Assembly: GCA_963782055.1 (NCBI GenBank)
Contig: CAWAIF010000003.1
Span: forward strand, 5,184,001-5,248,000
Direction of reading: 5' to 3'
Length of the DNA stretch: 64,000 nucleotides
Origin: an uncultured delta proteobacterium
GTDB lineage: Bacteria > Myxococcota_A > Polyangia > Polyangiales > Polyangiaceae
Position 1 is the first letter of the stretch, and the number at the start of each line of letters is the position of its first letter. Shown here one piece after another: positions 51,663 to 61,658 of the stretch. Both the position numbers and the translations under genes were made by a program. The notes beneath the pieces are model-generated. The model searched no databases and was not told where the DNA came from. It saw only the letters and a list, made by a program, of their open reading frames with translations.

Positions 51663-54057
51663 TCAGGAGGCTCGGTAGATTTCGTCTTCAAGCGAGCGAA
51701 CGGCCGCAACGTAGGCGTCTTTGCCACCGAACGTCTTCACGATCTCGACCGGCGTGCCGAACGTCGTGAGCGGTTGGACCCTCAGCACGTTCATGTCCTC
51801 GATGTCGTCCACGCCTTCGTCGGCGTACTTCGCCAGCAGGGCTTCGAGGACGGCTCGTGCCTGCTCGCCGTACTTGGTGAAGTAGTCGCGCTTCTTGACG
51901 TTGTTCGCCCGCTCCTTGCGGGTGAGCGGCGGCTGCCCGAACGCAACGTGGCAGACGAGAATCGAAGGCGGAAAAGTCCTTCCCGACCTCCTCGGCGACC
52001 GCATCGAGCAGGAGGCCGTGCGTCTCAAGTTCCTCTACGACGGCCTGCTTTCGGTCGGCCGCCTTCCATCGCCGGAGAAAGGCATCGAGCGACGTGAACT
52101 CCTCGCACATGGCCTTCTTCACGTAGTCCCGAAGCGACTCGGTGACGAGCTTGCCGTCGCTGCCGTAGTACTGCACGCGCTCTTTGAGCACATAGACCGG
52201 AACGTCACCGACGACGTACTTCACCCGCTTGCCGCCCTTGTGCTCGTGGATGATGGTGTCGCCCGCATCGCCGCCTTCGTCGGGATCGATCTCGGGCGGG
52301 AAGCCGTCGTCCCTTGGCGGAGCTTCGGTACCCGTGTCGTCGTCCGGGGGAGCGGGGGGATCGTCGCCCTTGGGTTCGTAGACGCGGACGGGGAGGCCGT
52401 CGAAGTCGGGATCGGCGAACAGCTCGGTCGCCTTCTTGAAGTCGAGGATCGTGAAGTAGAGCTTCCCGTAGTCCTCGCGGATGCGCGTCCCTCGGCCGAT
52501 GATCTGCTTGAACTCGGAGAGCGACTTGATGGTCTGGTCGAGGACGACCACTTTGCACGTCTGCGCATCGACGCCCGTGCTCATCAACTTCGAGGTGGTG
52601 ACGACGACGGGGTACTTCTTCTCGGGGTCGATGAAGTTGTCCAGCTCCGCCTTCCCCTCGGCGTTGTCCCCCGTGATCTGCATCACGTAGCGACGGTCGG
52701 CGGCGCAGAGGTCGGCGTTCTCGTTGACGAGCAACTGCCGCATCTCGCTCGCGTGCTCCACGTCCTCGCAGAAGACGATGGTCTTCGCCATCCGGTCGGT
52801 GGCCTTGAGGAAGTCGCTCACCTTCTTGGCGACCAAGCCCCTGCGTTGCTCAAGGACCAGCTTTCGGTCGAAGTCCCCCTGGTTGTAGACGCAATCCTCA
52901 ATCTCTTCGCCGTGCTTGTCGAGCTTCCCCTTCGGCGGGCGCCACCCTTCGAGATCCTTGTCGAGGTCGAACCGCACGACCTTGTAGGGTGCGAGGAAGC
53001 CATCCTCGATCCCTTGCTTCAAGGAGTAGGTGTAGACCGGCTCGCCGAAGTAGTGCGTCGTCGAGATGTCGGTCGTCTCTTTGGGGGTCGCGGTCAGGCC
53101 GATCTGCGTGGCAGCCGAGAAGTAGTCGAGGATGTCGCGCCAAGCGGAGTTCTCGGCCGCGCTGCCCCGGTGGCACTCATCGACGATGATGAGGTCGAAG
53201 AAGTCGGGACTGAACTCCTTGAAGATGTCCTTCGTCTCGTCGGTGCCCGTGATCGCCTGGTAGAGCGCGAGGTAAATCTCGTACGACTTGTCTACCTTGC
53301 GGTTCGTGATCTTCGTCATCGCCTTGCCGAACGGCTTGAAGTCGTTCGTCTTGGTCTGATCGACGAGGATGTTGCGGTCCGCAAGGAAGAGGATCCGCTT
53401 CTTCGCCTTCGCCTTCCACAGGCGCCAGATGATCTGGAAGGCCGTGAACGTCTTTCCTGTCCCGGTCGCGAGGACGATGAGGATGCGGTTGTCGCCGCGT
53501 GCGATGGCCTCGATGGTCCGGTTGATGGCGTTGAGCTGGTAGTAGCGGGGCGGCTTGCTGGTGGCCTCGCTGTAGTAGTCTTGGGTGACCACGGGTTCGG
53601 CCTCCGCCGTGATCCCCTTCCACACGCAGTAGCGGCGCCACAGCTCGTCGGGAGACGGGAACTCGTCGAGCGTGAGGTTGCGCTCCATGGGCTTCGTGTT
53701 GCCCGTGCGGTCATGGACGACGAAGCCGTCGCCGTTCGAGGAGAAGACGAACGGGACGGCGAGCATCTCGGCGTATTCCAACGCCTGCTGCATCCCGTCT
53801 CCGACGCGGTGGTTGTTGTCCTTCGCCTCCATGACGGCGACCGGGAGCCCCGGCTTGAAGTAGAGGACGTAATCGGCCCGCTTCGACTTGCCCCGCGTGA
53901 TGAGCTTGCCCCGAACAATCACGCGACCGTTGGTGAAGGAGAGTTCCTCGCGCACTTGCACCTGAAGGTCCCAGCCCGCCTGCTCGATGGCGGGGTTGAT
54001 GAACTTCGTGCAGATGTCCCGCTCGCTCAGGGACTTCTTGTCGATGGAGTCGGCCAT
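51663..54057 (-). pseudogene. hsdR: Type I R-M restriction subunit (EcoAI-like) with +1 frameshift near 51960
   Basis: [29 protein letters not shown]-terminal [23 protein letters not shown] lies in another frame. Confidence 0.88.
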
Positions 54058-54336
54058 GTCGATGGGGATCCCAGGGTACCCGAACTTGGGGTGTCGGGAG
54101 CTTCAAGGGACGACCTCTGGCCCAAGCCGCCGACCCCACGATCTGCGCTTCCGGCATGGTCCGCCGGGGCAGTTGGCCTGACCCCCGATGGTACCCCCAA
54201 CGCAGGCCGTTTTGATCGAAGCGTCCCCTCCCGTGTATTCACCCCATGGGAAGCGCACGAAACACCATCCAGGCGTCCCAAGCCGATGAAACGGGAGGTA
54301 GCGACCCGGCCCGTACCTGCCTCGTCTGCGGCAGGG

Positions 54337-54388
54337 CGCATAGGAAATCCTAGCGCGGTCGGGCGCGAAAGTTTACGGAATCCATCTT
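54337..54388 (+). repeat. 99-bp unit left half (copy 8)
   Basis: CGCATAGGAAATCCTAGCG..CCATCTT. Confidence 0.92.
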
Positions 54389-54566
54389 GGACGAAGCCGC
54401 TGCGCGGCAGCGTGGCTCCGCATCAAGCTCGCTCGCGACCCGGGAGCCCCGCGAGCCGTGTGCGCGCTGACGAGCCCGCCTCGTAGCCCTCGCGTGCCGT
54501 GATGCGGGCGATCCTGCGGCGCGCGCCGCCCGCTCGTGGGCGCGCGCGGAGCCGAAGGAGGCCGCG

Positions 54567-55412
54567 ATGGGTGCGAAGCGAAGACTGCGGGACACGATGA
54601 GCGAGGACCTCGCGCTGCGAGGGATGAGCGCCAACACGATCGCCACGTACGTGGGGTGCGTGCGGCGGTTCGCGCAGTACCACGGGCGGTCGCCGTGCGC
54701 GCTGGGGGCGGCGGAGATCCGGACGTTCCTTTTGCACCTGGTGGCGGAGCGCAGGCTGGCGGCGCTGACGGTCAACGTGCACGCGGCCGCGCTGAGGTTT
54801 CTCTACGAGGTGACGCTGGAGCGGCCGGAGGCGACGCTGGGGATGGCGCGCATGCGGGTGCCGATGCACGTGCCGGTGGTGCTGACGAGCGCGGAGGTGG
54901 CGCGGCTGCTCGCGTCGCTCACGAGCCACAAGCACCGGGCCCTGGTGATGCTCGCCTACGGGGCGGGGCTGCGCGTGAGCGAGGTGTGCAAGCTCCGGGT
55001 GGACGACATCGATCCGAAGCGGATGCTCCTGCACGTGCGGCACACCAAGCGCGGGCGTGAGCGCTACGTGATGCTCAGCGCGAGGCTGCTGGCGACGCTG
55101 CGCGCGTACTGGAAGGCGTCACGACCCGCAGGACCGCAGCTGTTTCCGGGGCGCGTGCCCGGGACGCTCCTCACGCGCGCGGCCGTCCACCGGGCGATCC
55201 TCAAGGCGGCGCGGCGCGCGGGCATCACCCGGCGCGTGTCGCCGCACACGCTGCGCCACAGCTTCGCCACGCACCTGCTCGACGCAGGGACCGACCTTCG
55301 CACGTTGCAGGTCTTGCTCGGGCACGCGTCGCTCAGGAGCACGATGGCCTACCTGCACGTGAGCACCGCCCGCGTGCAGTCGATTCAGAGCCCCCTCGAC
55401 GCGCTGCCCTGA
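54567..55412 (+). CDS. Tyrosine recombinase/integrase
   Basis: Same 281-aa protein. Confidence 0.95.
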   Translation: MGAKRRLRDTMSEDLALRGMSANTIATYVGCVRRFAQYHGRSPCALGAAEIRTFLLHLVAERRLAALTVNVHAAALRFLYEVTLERPEATLGMARMRVPMHVPVVLTSAEVARLLASLTSHKHRALVMLAYGAGLRVSEVCKLRVDDIDPKRMLLHVRHTKRGRERYVMLSARLLATLRAYWKASRPAGPQLFPGRVPGTLLTRAAVHRAILKAARRAGITRRVSPHTLRHSFATHLLDAGTDLRTLQVLLGHASLRSTMAYLHVSTARVQSIQSPLDALP

Positions 55413-55419
55413 GCCCCCG

Positions 55420-56577
55420 ATGCACCCGTCGTGTGCGCCCGCGCGCACGTGCGCGGCGCCCATCGAGCTCGCGGACGTGGTGCGCGCCCACGGCGAGGCC
55501 TTCGCCGGCGGCCGCGTGCTGCGTCCCGAGGAGCGGTCGGCGCTGCGGGCAATCGAGCGATGCCGGACCGCCGCGCTGGGCGGACATCTGGACGTGTGCA
55601 CCGCGTGCGGGCTCGAGCGACCGTCGTACAACTCGTGCCGCAACCGGCACTGTCCCAAGTGCCAGTCGCTCGCGCAGGCGCGGTGGGTCGCCACGCGGCT
55701 CGAGCGCATTCTGCCCGTGCACTACTTCCACGTCGTCTTCACGCTCCCCGCCGAGCTGCGCGCCGTCGCGCGGCGCTCGCGCGCGAGGGTCTTCGACATG
55801 CTCTTCGCGAGCGCGGCCGACACGCTGGCCACCCTCGCGCGGGATCCGAAGTGGCTCGGCGCCGAGCTCGGCGTCACGATGGTCCTGCACACCTGGACGC
55901 GCGCGCTGCTCTTCCACCCCCACGTGCACGCCATCGTCACCGGCGGCGGACTCACCGGCGACGCCGCGCGCTGGGTGCGCGCGCGCCGTCGCTTCCTCTT
56001 CCCCGTGCGCGTGATGGGCGCCCTCTTTCGCGGCAAGATGCTCGCCGCTCTCGAGCGCGCCCACGCGCGCGGCCTCGTCGACCTGGGCGGCGTCGACCTG
56101 CTGGCGCTCCGACGCAAGGCCTGGGTCGTCTACGCCAAGCGACCCTTCGGCGGCCCCGCTCAGGTCATCCGCTACCTCGGTCGCTACACTCACCGCGTCG
56201 GCATCTCCAACCACCGCTTCGTCTCGATGGGCGAGCGCGGCGTCACCTTCCGCACCAGAGACGGCAAGTCGGTCACCGTCCCGGCCGAGGAGCTGCTCGC
56301 GCGCTTCGTCCAGCACGTGCTGCCGCGCGGCTTCGTCAAGATCCGCCACTACGGCCTGCACTCCGCCAGCCACGCCACCACGCGCCTCGAGACCGCACGC
56401 CGCAGACTGGATCCGCACGCGCCCGCTGCGCGACCGGAGCGCCGTGCCGTCGCCGCCGACCTGCTGCTGCGAATCGCGGGCATCGACCTGCGCCGCTGCC
56501 CCGCTTGCCACACGCCTGCCCTCGTGCGCACCGCGCTGCCCGAGCCCCGAGCTCGCGCCCCGCCGAGGGCCGCATGA
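55420..56577 (+). CDS. IS91-family (HUH/Y2) transposase, intact
   Basis: Zn-binding domain, HPHVH, RYLGRYTHRVGISNHR, QHVLPRGFVKIRHYG. Confidence 0.95.
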   Translation: MHPSCAPARTCAAPIELADVVRAHGEAFAGGRVLRPEERSALRAIERCRTAALGGHLDVCTACGLERPSYNSCRNRHCPKCQSLAQARWVATRLERILPVHYFHVVFTLPAELRAVARRSRARVFDMLFASAADTLATLARDPKWLGAELGVTMVLHTWTRALLFHPHVHAIVTGGGLTGDAARWVRARRRFLFPVRVMGALFRGKMLAALERAHARGLVDLGGVDLLALRRKAWVVYAKRPFGGPAQVIRYLGRYTHRVGISNHRFVSMGERGVTFRTRDGKSVTVPAEELLARFVQHVLPRGFVKIRHYGLHSASHATTRLETARRRLDPHAPAARPERRAVAADLLLRIAGIDLRRCPACHTPALVRTALPEPRARAPPRAA

Positions 56578-56904
56578 TCTCCCCGCGTCGTGCTCCACTG
56601 CGTTCGCTCCACGAGTGCGGCCCAGGCCCCGGTCCATCCGCGCCACCAAAAACCGCCCCCCGAGCACGCACGGCTGCCCGCTGCGCGCTCCGGGACGCCC
56701 GCGTCGAGCGCCGTCCCGCCGCCCGCTCCGCACCTCGCGCACCCGCACGCGTGACCCACACGCCGCCAACTTCCCCATAGGGCTCCGAGGCCACCGCCTC
56801 GCCGCTGCCGCGCACCGGCTTCGTCCAACCGTCGATTTCGCGACCGCGCACCCGCGCCACGCGACCGCCGCCGCGACCCGGCGCGCTCACGCAATCGACT
56901 CTTA

Positions 56905-56954
56905 CTTATGCGAAGTGGGGCCGTCCGGTGTCACTGGAAGGACGGACCAGGGTG
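56905..56954 (+). repeat. 99-bp unit right half (copy 8)
   Basis: CTTATGCGAAGTGGGG..CAGGGTG. Confidence 0.92.
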
Positions 56955-59658
56955 GCTGCCGGATGGAACCACGATTACGACGGTACCATCCGCTGATCCA
57001 CGCTACGGGTTCGGCTCGGCCTACGTGTCGTCGTCGACGGCATCGATCGGTGGTCACTCGGTGGCCACCAGTACCTCAATTCAGGAGCAGTTGAGCGATG
57101 CGTCGGACCCGCGCACCCTGACGGGACAGACGACGTACGGCACGGTCCTGATCAATTCGACGCCGTACACCGTGTCACAGGTGTTTAGCGCGGGCCCCCC
57201 TGCTACTGTCACCTACACCACGCCCGCAGGTCGTACCGCCACGCTGACGCTGGATGCCAACGACCGCGTGACGCAAGTCCAGGTGGGTGGCGACGTGCCC
57301 GGCCACCCTGGCTCGAGCCTAAATGCGACCAATATCGGCTACGACTCCGGCCGCCTCGGAACAATCAGCCAGGGTTCTACGCCAACGACACTAACCACGA
57401 CGTACCACTACAATTCGTCGACGGGCTTCCTCGATTCGGTCGATGGCCCCTTCGGATCCCACGTGTTCAACAATCCAACCCAGGACGCGCTCGGGCGGCC
57501 CTCGCATGTGTCGCTCCCGGGAGGAAACGTCGTGGGCCTGACGTATGACACCGCGGGCCACGTGAATTCGGTGACGGTGCCCCAGGGCTACGTCCATGGG
57601 TACGGGTTCAACGCCGACGACCTCCTGGGCTCGCACGCCCCACCGAGCGCCTCGCCCGGCGGGCCGACCAACTATGGCTACTCCCCGGAGCGCCTCCTGT
57701 CTTACGTCGAACCACCGGGCACGGTGGTCAGCTACGATCACGACGCTGACGGCCGCATCTCCAGCATCTCCTACCCGAGTCCGGTTGACGGGACGATGCG
57801 GCAGACCTCGTTCGGCTACTATGCCGACAACGACCCGCAGACTGGACACGCCAAGGGACACGTCTCCACGATCGACGACACCGACGTGAACCTGACCTAC
57901 AAGTACAACGGCCCTCTCCTGACCTCCGAGGAGTTCCAGGTCCCGAACTACGGCGCGACCTTCGACCACACCGTCCACTACGGCTACGGCGACCACCTCC
58001 CCCGCGTCACCTCGCGCGACATCGACGGTGCCGCCGGCTTCACCTTCACCTACGACGACCTGAACGGCGCCGCCAACAACGGAGGCGTCGGAGACGCCGA
58101 CGGCTACCTCTGGCGGATCACGGGCGGCGGACAGGACTACACCGTCACGCGCGCCGCAAACGGGATGATCGCCAGCCCGACGGTCGGGGCACTGAGCGAG
58201 GGCTACGAGTACGACCTGAACGGCGCGCTCACCAGGTACTGGATGAAGCACGGCCAGACCACGCTCTACGAGGCAGACTACACGCGCAACCACGCGGGCA
58301 GCGAGCGGGTCCAGAGCGAGACGGAGATCGTGAACGGCATCTCGTGCGCGATCGGCTACGACTACTACCCGGACAACCGCCTGCACACCGTCACCAACTC
58401 CTGCGGCGGCGGCGGGTCCTACAGCTACAACCCCGACGGCACGATGTCCGGGCCGACGCACGACGCGCAGGACCGGACCATCGACGACGGCCCCACCCAC
58501 TTCGCCTACGCGGCCGACGGATCGACCTACAGCCAGTCCGGATCGAACTACCTCGTCAACTACCGCTACGATCCCGCCGGCAACCTGCTGCACTTCGACC
58601 GCAACGACGGCGGCAACGCGCGCACCTACGACTACCGGGTCGACGGCCTGAACCGGCGGATCGCCCGGACGACGCAGGACCAGCGCGGATGGCTCTACGA
58701 CGGCGACCGCATCATCGGGGAGGTGGACGGCACGGGCCGCGTGGTCGCCCACTTCGCCTACTTCACCCACGCCAACGTCCCCGACCTGATGCTGCGCCTG
58801 GACTGGGACAACAACTGGATCCTCTACCGCATCGTGACCGACCAGCTCGGCACCGTGAAGGCGGTGATCCGCACCTCCGACGGCGCGGTGATGGAGCTGT
58901 ACTCCTACAGCGACGCCTGGGGTGCGATGAGCGCCGTCTACGACGGCAACCTCCAGTGGCTCAACGGGGGCTCCCCGACCTTCCAGCCGTTCGGGTTTGC
59001 AGGCGGGCTGGTGGACTACTATGCTGGTACCCTGCGCTACGGCGCGCGAGACTACAACCCCTGGCAGAGGAGGTGGCTGACGCAGGATCCGATCGGGCAG
59101 GCTGGCGGGCTGTACGTGTATGGGTACTGCCATGACGATCCGGTGAACTGCGCAGATCCCTCTGGGCGTTTCGGCGTGGGTGGCCTTTTGGATCTGTACA
59201 ACGCCACGGTCGGCTCGTTTCTTGGAAAGATCAATGCCGCGGAGGCAACGGCGGTCGGGCTCGCGTTCGGTGCGGCAGGCGTCGCCACCAATGTTGTTGA
59301 CGGAAAGGAGTACGGCGTTGACTACTCCGTGGACATAGGAAATAACGCAATCGAATTTAAGGGGCATCCGGTGGTTGGCGCATTTACGCCGGCCGTCACA
59401 CTCGGAAACGTAATCTGCTACGAGAATGCCTCGCCTGGCCCATACACGCAAGCTCACGAGAGACAGCACACCTATCAGGCTGAAACGCTCGGGGATCTCT
59501 ACTTGCCGGCGCAAGCCGACTCTCAGGTGCTAGGATTTGTTAGTAGTTTTTTTGATAGCAGCCACACGTACAGCGGCTTAAACGACAGAGTTCACGGGCC
59601 CGGAAATCTCTTGGAGACGGGGCCGTCGATGGTTGATCCGCAACCGTGGCCGTGGTGA
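56955..59658 (+). pseudogene. RHS/YD-repeat toxin, 5'-truncated at the repeat; C-terminal HExxH domain
   Basis: YD repeats; RYGARDYNP..WLTQDPIG..PVNCADPSG core end; HERQH in the lower-GC tip; ORF-track start lies inside the repeat. Confidence 0.85.
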
Positions 59659-59670
59659 ACGATTAGTCGC

Positions 59671-60243
59671 ATGAGGTTGCTCGCCATGGGTGGTACCAAT
59701 TGGCAGTGGATACACTCCTCACTGGCAAGGGTGGTGGCGACTGTGATGGTGGCGGGTGTTGGTGTGCTCGCCCTTCAGCTCGTACTGGCCTTGGGTGTGA
59801 TGGCTGGACATGGCCACCGACACTCCTTCGTCACGACTCTGACCCCTCCAGCTGGGATGACTGTGAACGAACGCTGTGTGCGCACCGGCCTAGTTCGGGG
59901 CTTTGGCCGAAACCGAGTGGGTGAAAGTCATGCTGATGGTCGCACGACTTTTCATGTTCGGGTATATGGTCCACCGTCCAAAGATCGACGTAATGGTATC
60001 GTTTTCTACGCGGCCATCGCGCGACACGGAGGCGCAGCCAAAGATATCGTCGAACTCGAGGGCGAATGGTTTCAGCAAGAACCGATGAGCAAGTTTGACG
60101 CAATGGCGTCGACGGGCATGTCGCGAATTGTATCCGCTATCTCCGCTTCATGCGGCTCAGGCGCTGGACCTACTGCAGCCTGGAAGGCCGCTTGTAGGTA
60201 CGGAGACCTCACGGATGGCCCATGCCCGACCCCCAAGTTATGA
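59671..60243 (+). CDS. Putative immunity protein (membrane-anchored)
   Basis: Directly downstream of the RHS tip, lower GC, N-terminal TM. Confidence 0.55.
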   Translation: MRLLAMGGTNWQWIHSSLARVVATVMVAGVGVLALQLVLALGVMAGHGHRHSFVTTLTPPAGMTVNERCVRTGLVRGFGRNRVGESHADGRTTFHVRVYGPPSKDRRNGIVFYAAIARHGGAAKDIVELEGEWFQQEPMSKFDAMASTGMSRIVSAISASCGSGAGPTAAWKAACRYGDLTDGPCPTPKL

Positions 60244-60322
60244 CGGACGGACTGAAACGGGTCCACAGCGAGACGGAGATCGTGAGAAATAGCGCATGCG
60301 GCATGCTTGTTGAACAACGCTC

Positions 60323-60568
60323 TTGCCGGCGGCTCGCCACTGGACCGGGTCCTTGTCCCGGAGGTCTACCGTGACATTGGGTAACGTTCTCGGTCGGCTG
60401 CACGGGAGGAGCTCTTCTTGGTGTCGTCGGGCCTGTACATGCCTGATAGCGGTTGCGCTGACCGCGCCCGCCTGCGGCGTGCGGAGCAACCTGGACGCCT
60501 GCCCCACCTCCGAGACGGCCTGCGGCTTCACCTGCGCCGATCTCAGCGGTGACCCGGCCAACTGCGGG
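60323..60568 (+). pseudogene. Cys-rich lipoprotein, 3'-truncated at the repeat
   Basis: LIAVALTAPACG..CPTSETACGFTCADLSGDPANCG runs straight into CGCATAGG. Confidence 0.65.
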
Positions 60569-60667
60569 CGCATAGGAAATGCTAGCGCGGTCGGGCGCGA
60601 AAGTTTACGAAATCCATCTTATGCGAAGTGGGGCCGTCCGGTGTCACTGGAAGGACGGACCAGGGTG
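60569..60667 (+). repeat. 99-bp unit, intact empty copy (copy 9)
   Basis: Single CTT at 60618-60620. Confidence 0.95.
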
Positions 60668-60860
60668 GCGTACCGCCTGAGGATGCGGGCCGCAATCGAG
60701 CGAGTGAGTCGCATTTGCGGCGACGTCTTCTGGGGGCGGCCGCACGGGGCGTACGGCGGGAGGACGCCGGAGGAGGTGTATGCCGGGCGCGAGGCCGCCG
60801 CCGGGCATCTCGAACGCCTCGTGCTCTTCGACAACCGGCTTCGCTGGTGGTGCTTCTCGT
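60667..60860 (+). repeat. ~195-bp direct repeat A (integrase-core/transposase 3' remnant)
   Basis: Matches 63795-63988; encodes RPHGAYGGRTPEEVY. Confidence 0.8.
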
Positions 60861-61064
60861 AGCGACAGGCGCCGGAGAGGAAGTCGGTCGGGCGCCTCGG
60901 TCTTTGACATGGCGGTCTCGCGGGTGAGGGAGGGCGGGAGACGTGTGGGCGGAGAGGGCGCGATGGCGCGATTTCGACGTGACGGCTCGATGAGGAGGCT
61001 CGGTAGGCTTGGTGGGGTACTACACTCGCTGAGATACTACGCATGTCGTGGCGCTAACCAACCA

Positions 61065-61658
61065 CTAACCCTTTGCGCGAAGCCATTGCGCCCCGACATG
61101 GTCAAGATCGACAGTCCACGTGGCACCAGCAAATATCATCGGAATCGCGTGAGCCTCGCCGGGCACTTGCACGTCACCAACTATGCCGTTTTCGTCGCGC
61201 AAGTCGACCTCACACCCGACACGCTTCAGCATTGCGACGACAGGATCAGACGAGATGGCGGCGCAGTGCTGGACCTGAAACACCCGGTGCAGCACTCTGT
61301 TTGAAGATATCATGCGTAGGATGACAGAGAACTGAACCTTAAACGCATCGATCGCGGACTCGAACGTGCTGATGCGCCCTGGAAACGTCGCGCGGAATAG
61401 TCGACCCGCGTCGGTGTCATCGACACTGGCGCTTAGCATCGCCTCAGCCTTCTGCGTCTCGCCAAACCTCAGGAGCAACTGGCACAGGCGGAGAACATCT
61501 GCATCTGAGTCCGTCCCTGCAGCAAGCTTCGCGCCTATGCGTTCAATCTCTTTCGCAGCCGAGGGGTCCACCGCTCGAATTGCGGTTACGTTGATGCCGC
61601 CGATTGACGCGGCCGGGATGGGTGAAAACCTGCGGCTATCGTCTTGAGACATGCTCAC
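61065..61658 (-). CDS. Putative immunity protein
   Basis: Directly downstream of the second RHS tip; lower GC. Confidence 0.55.
   Translation of the reverse strand: MSMSQDDSRRFSPIPAASIGGINVTAIRAVDPSAAKEIERIGAKLAAGTDSDADVLRLCQLLLRFGETQKAEAMLSASVDDTDAGRLFRATFPGRISTFESAIDAFKVQFSVILRMISSNRVLHRVFQVQHCAAISSDPVVAMLKRVGCEVDLRDENGIVGDVQVPGEAHAIPMIFAGATWTVDLDHVGAQWLRAKG

Larger units (their letters stand above)
54387..56905 (+). mobile_element. Tyrosine recombinase + IS91-family transposase module, copy 4 (full length)
   Basis: Same ends as the other copies; intact transposase. Confidence 0.94.
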
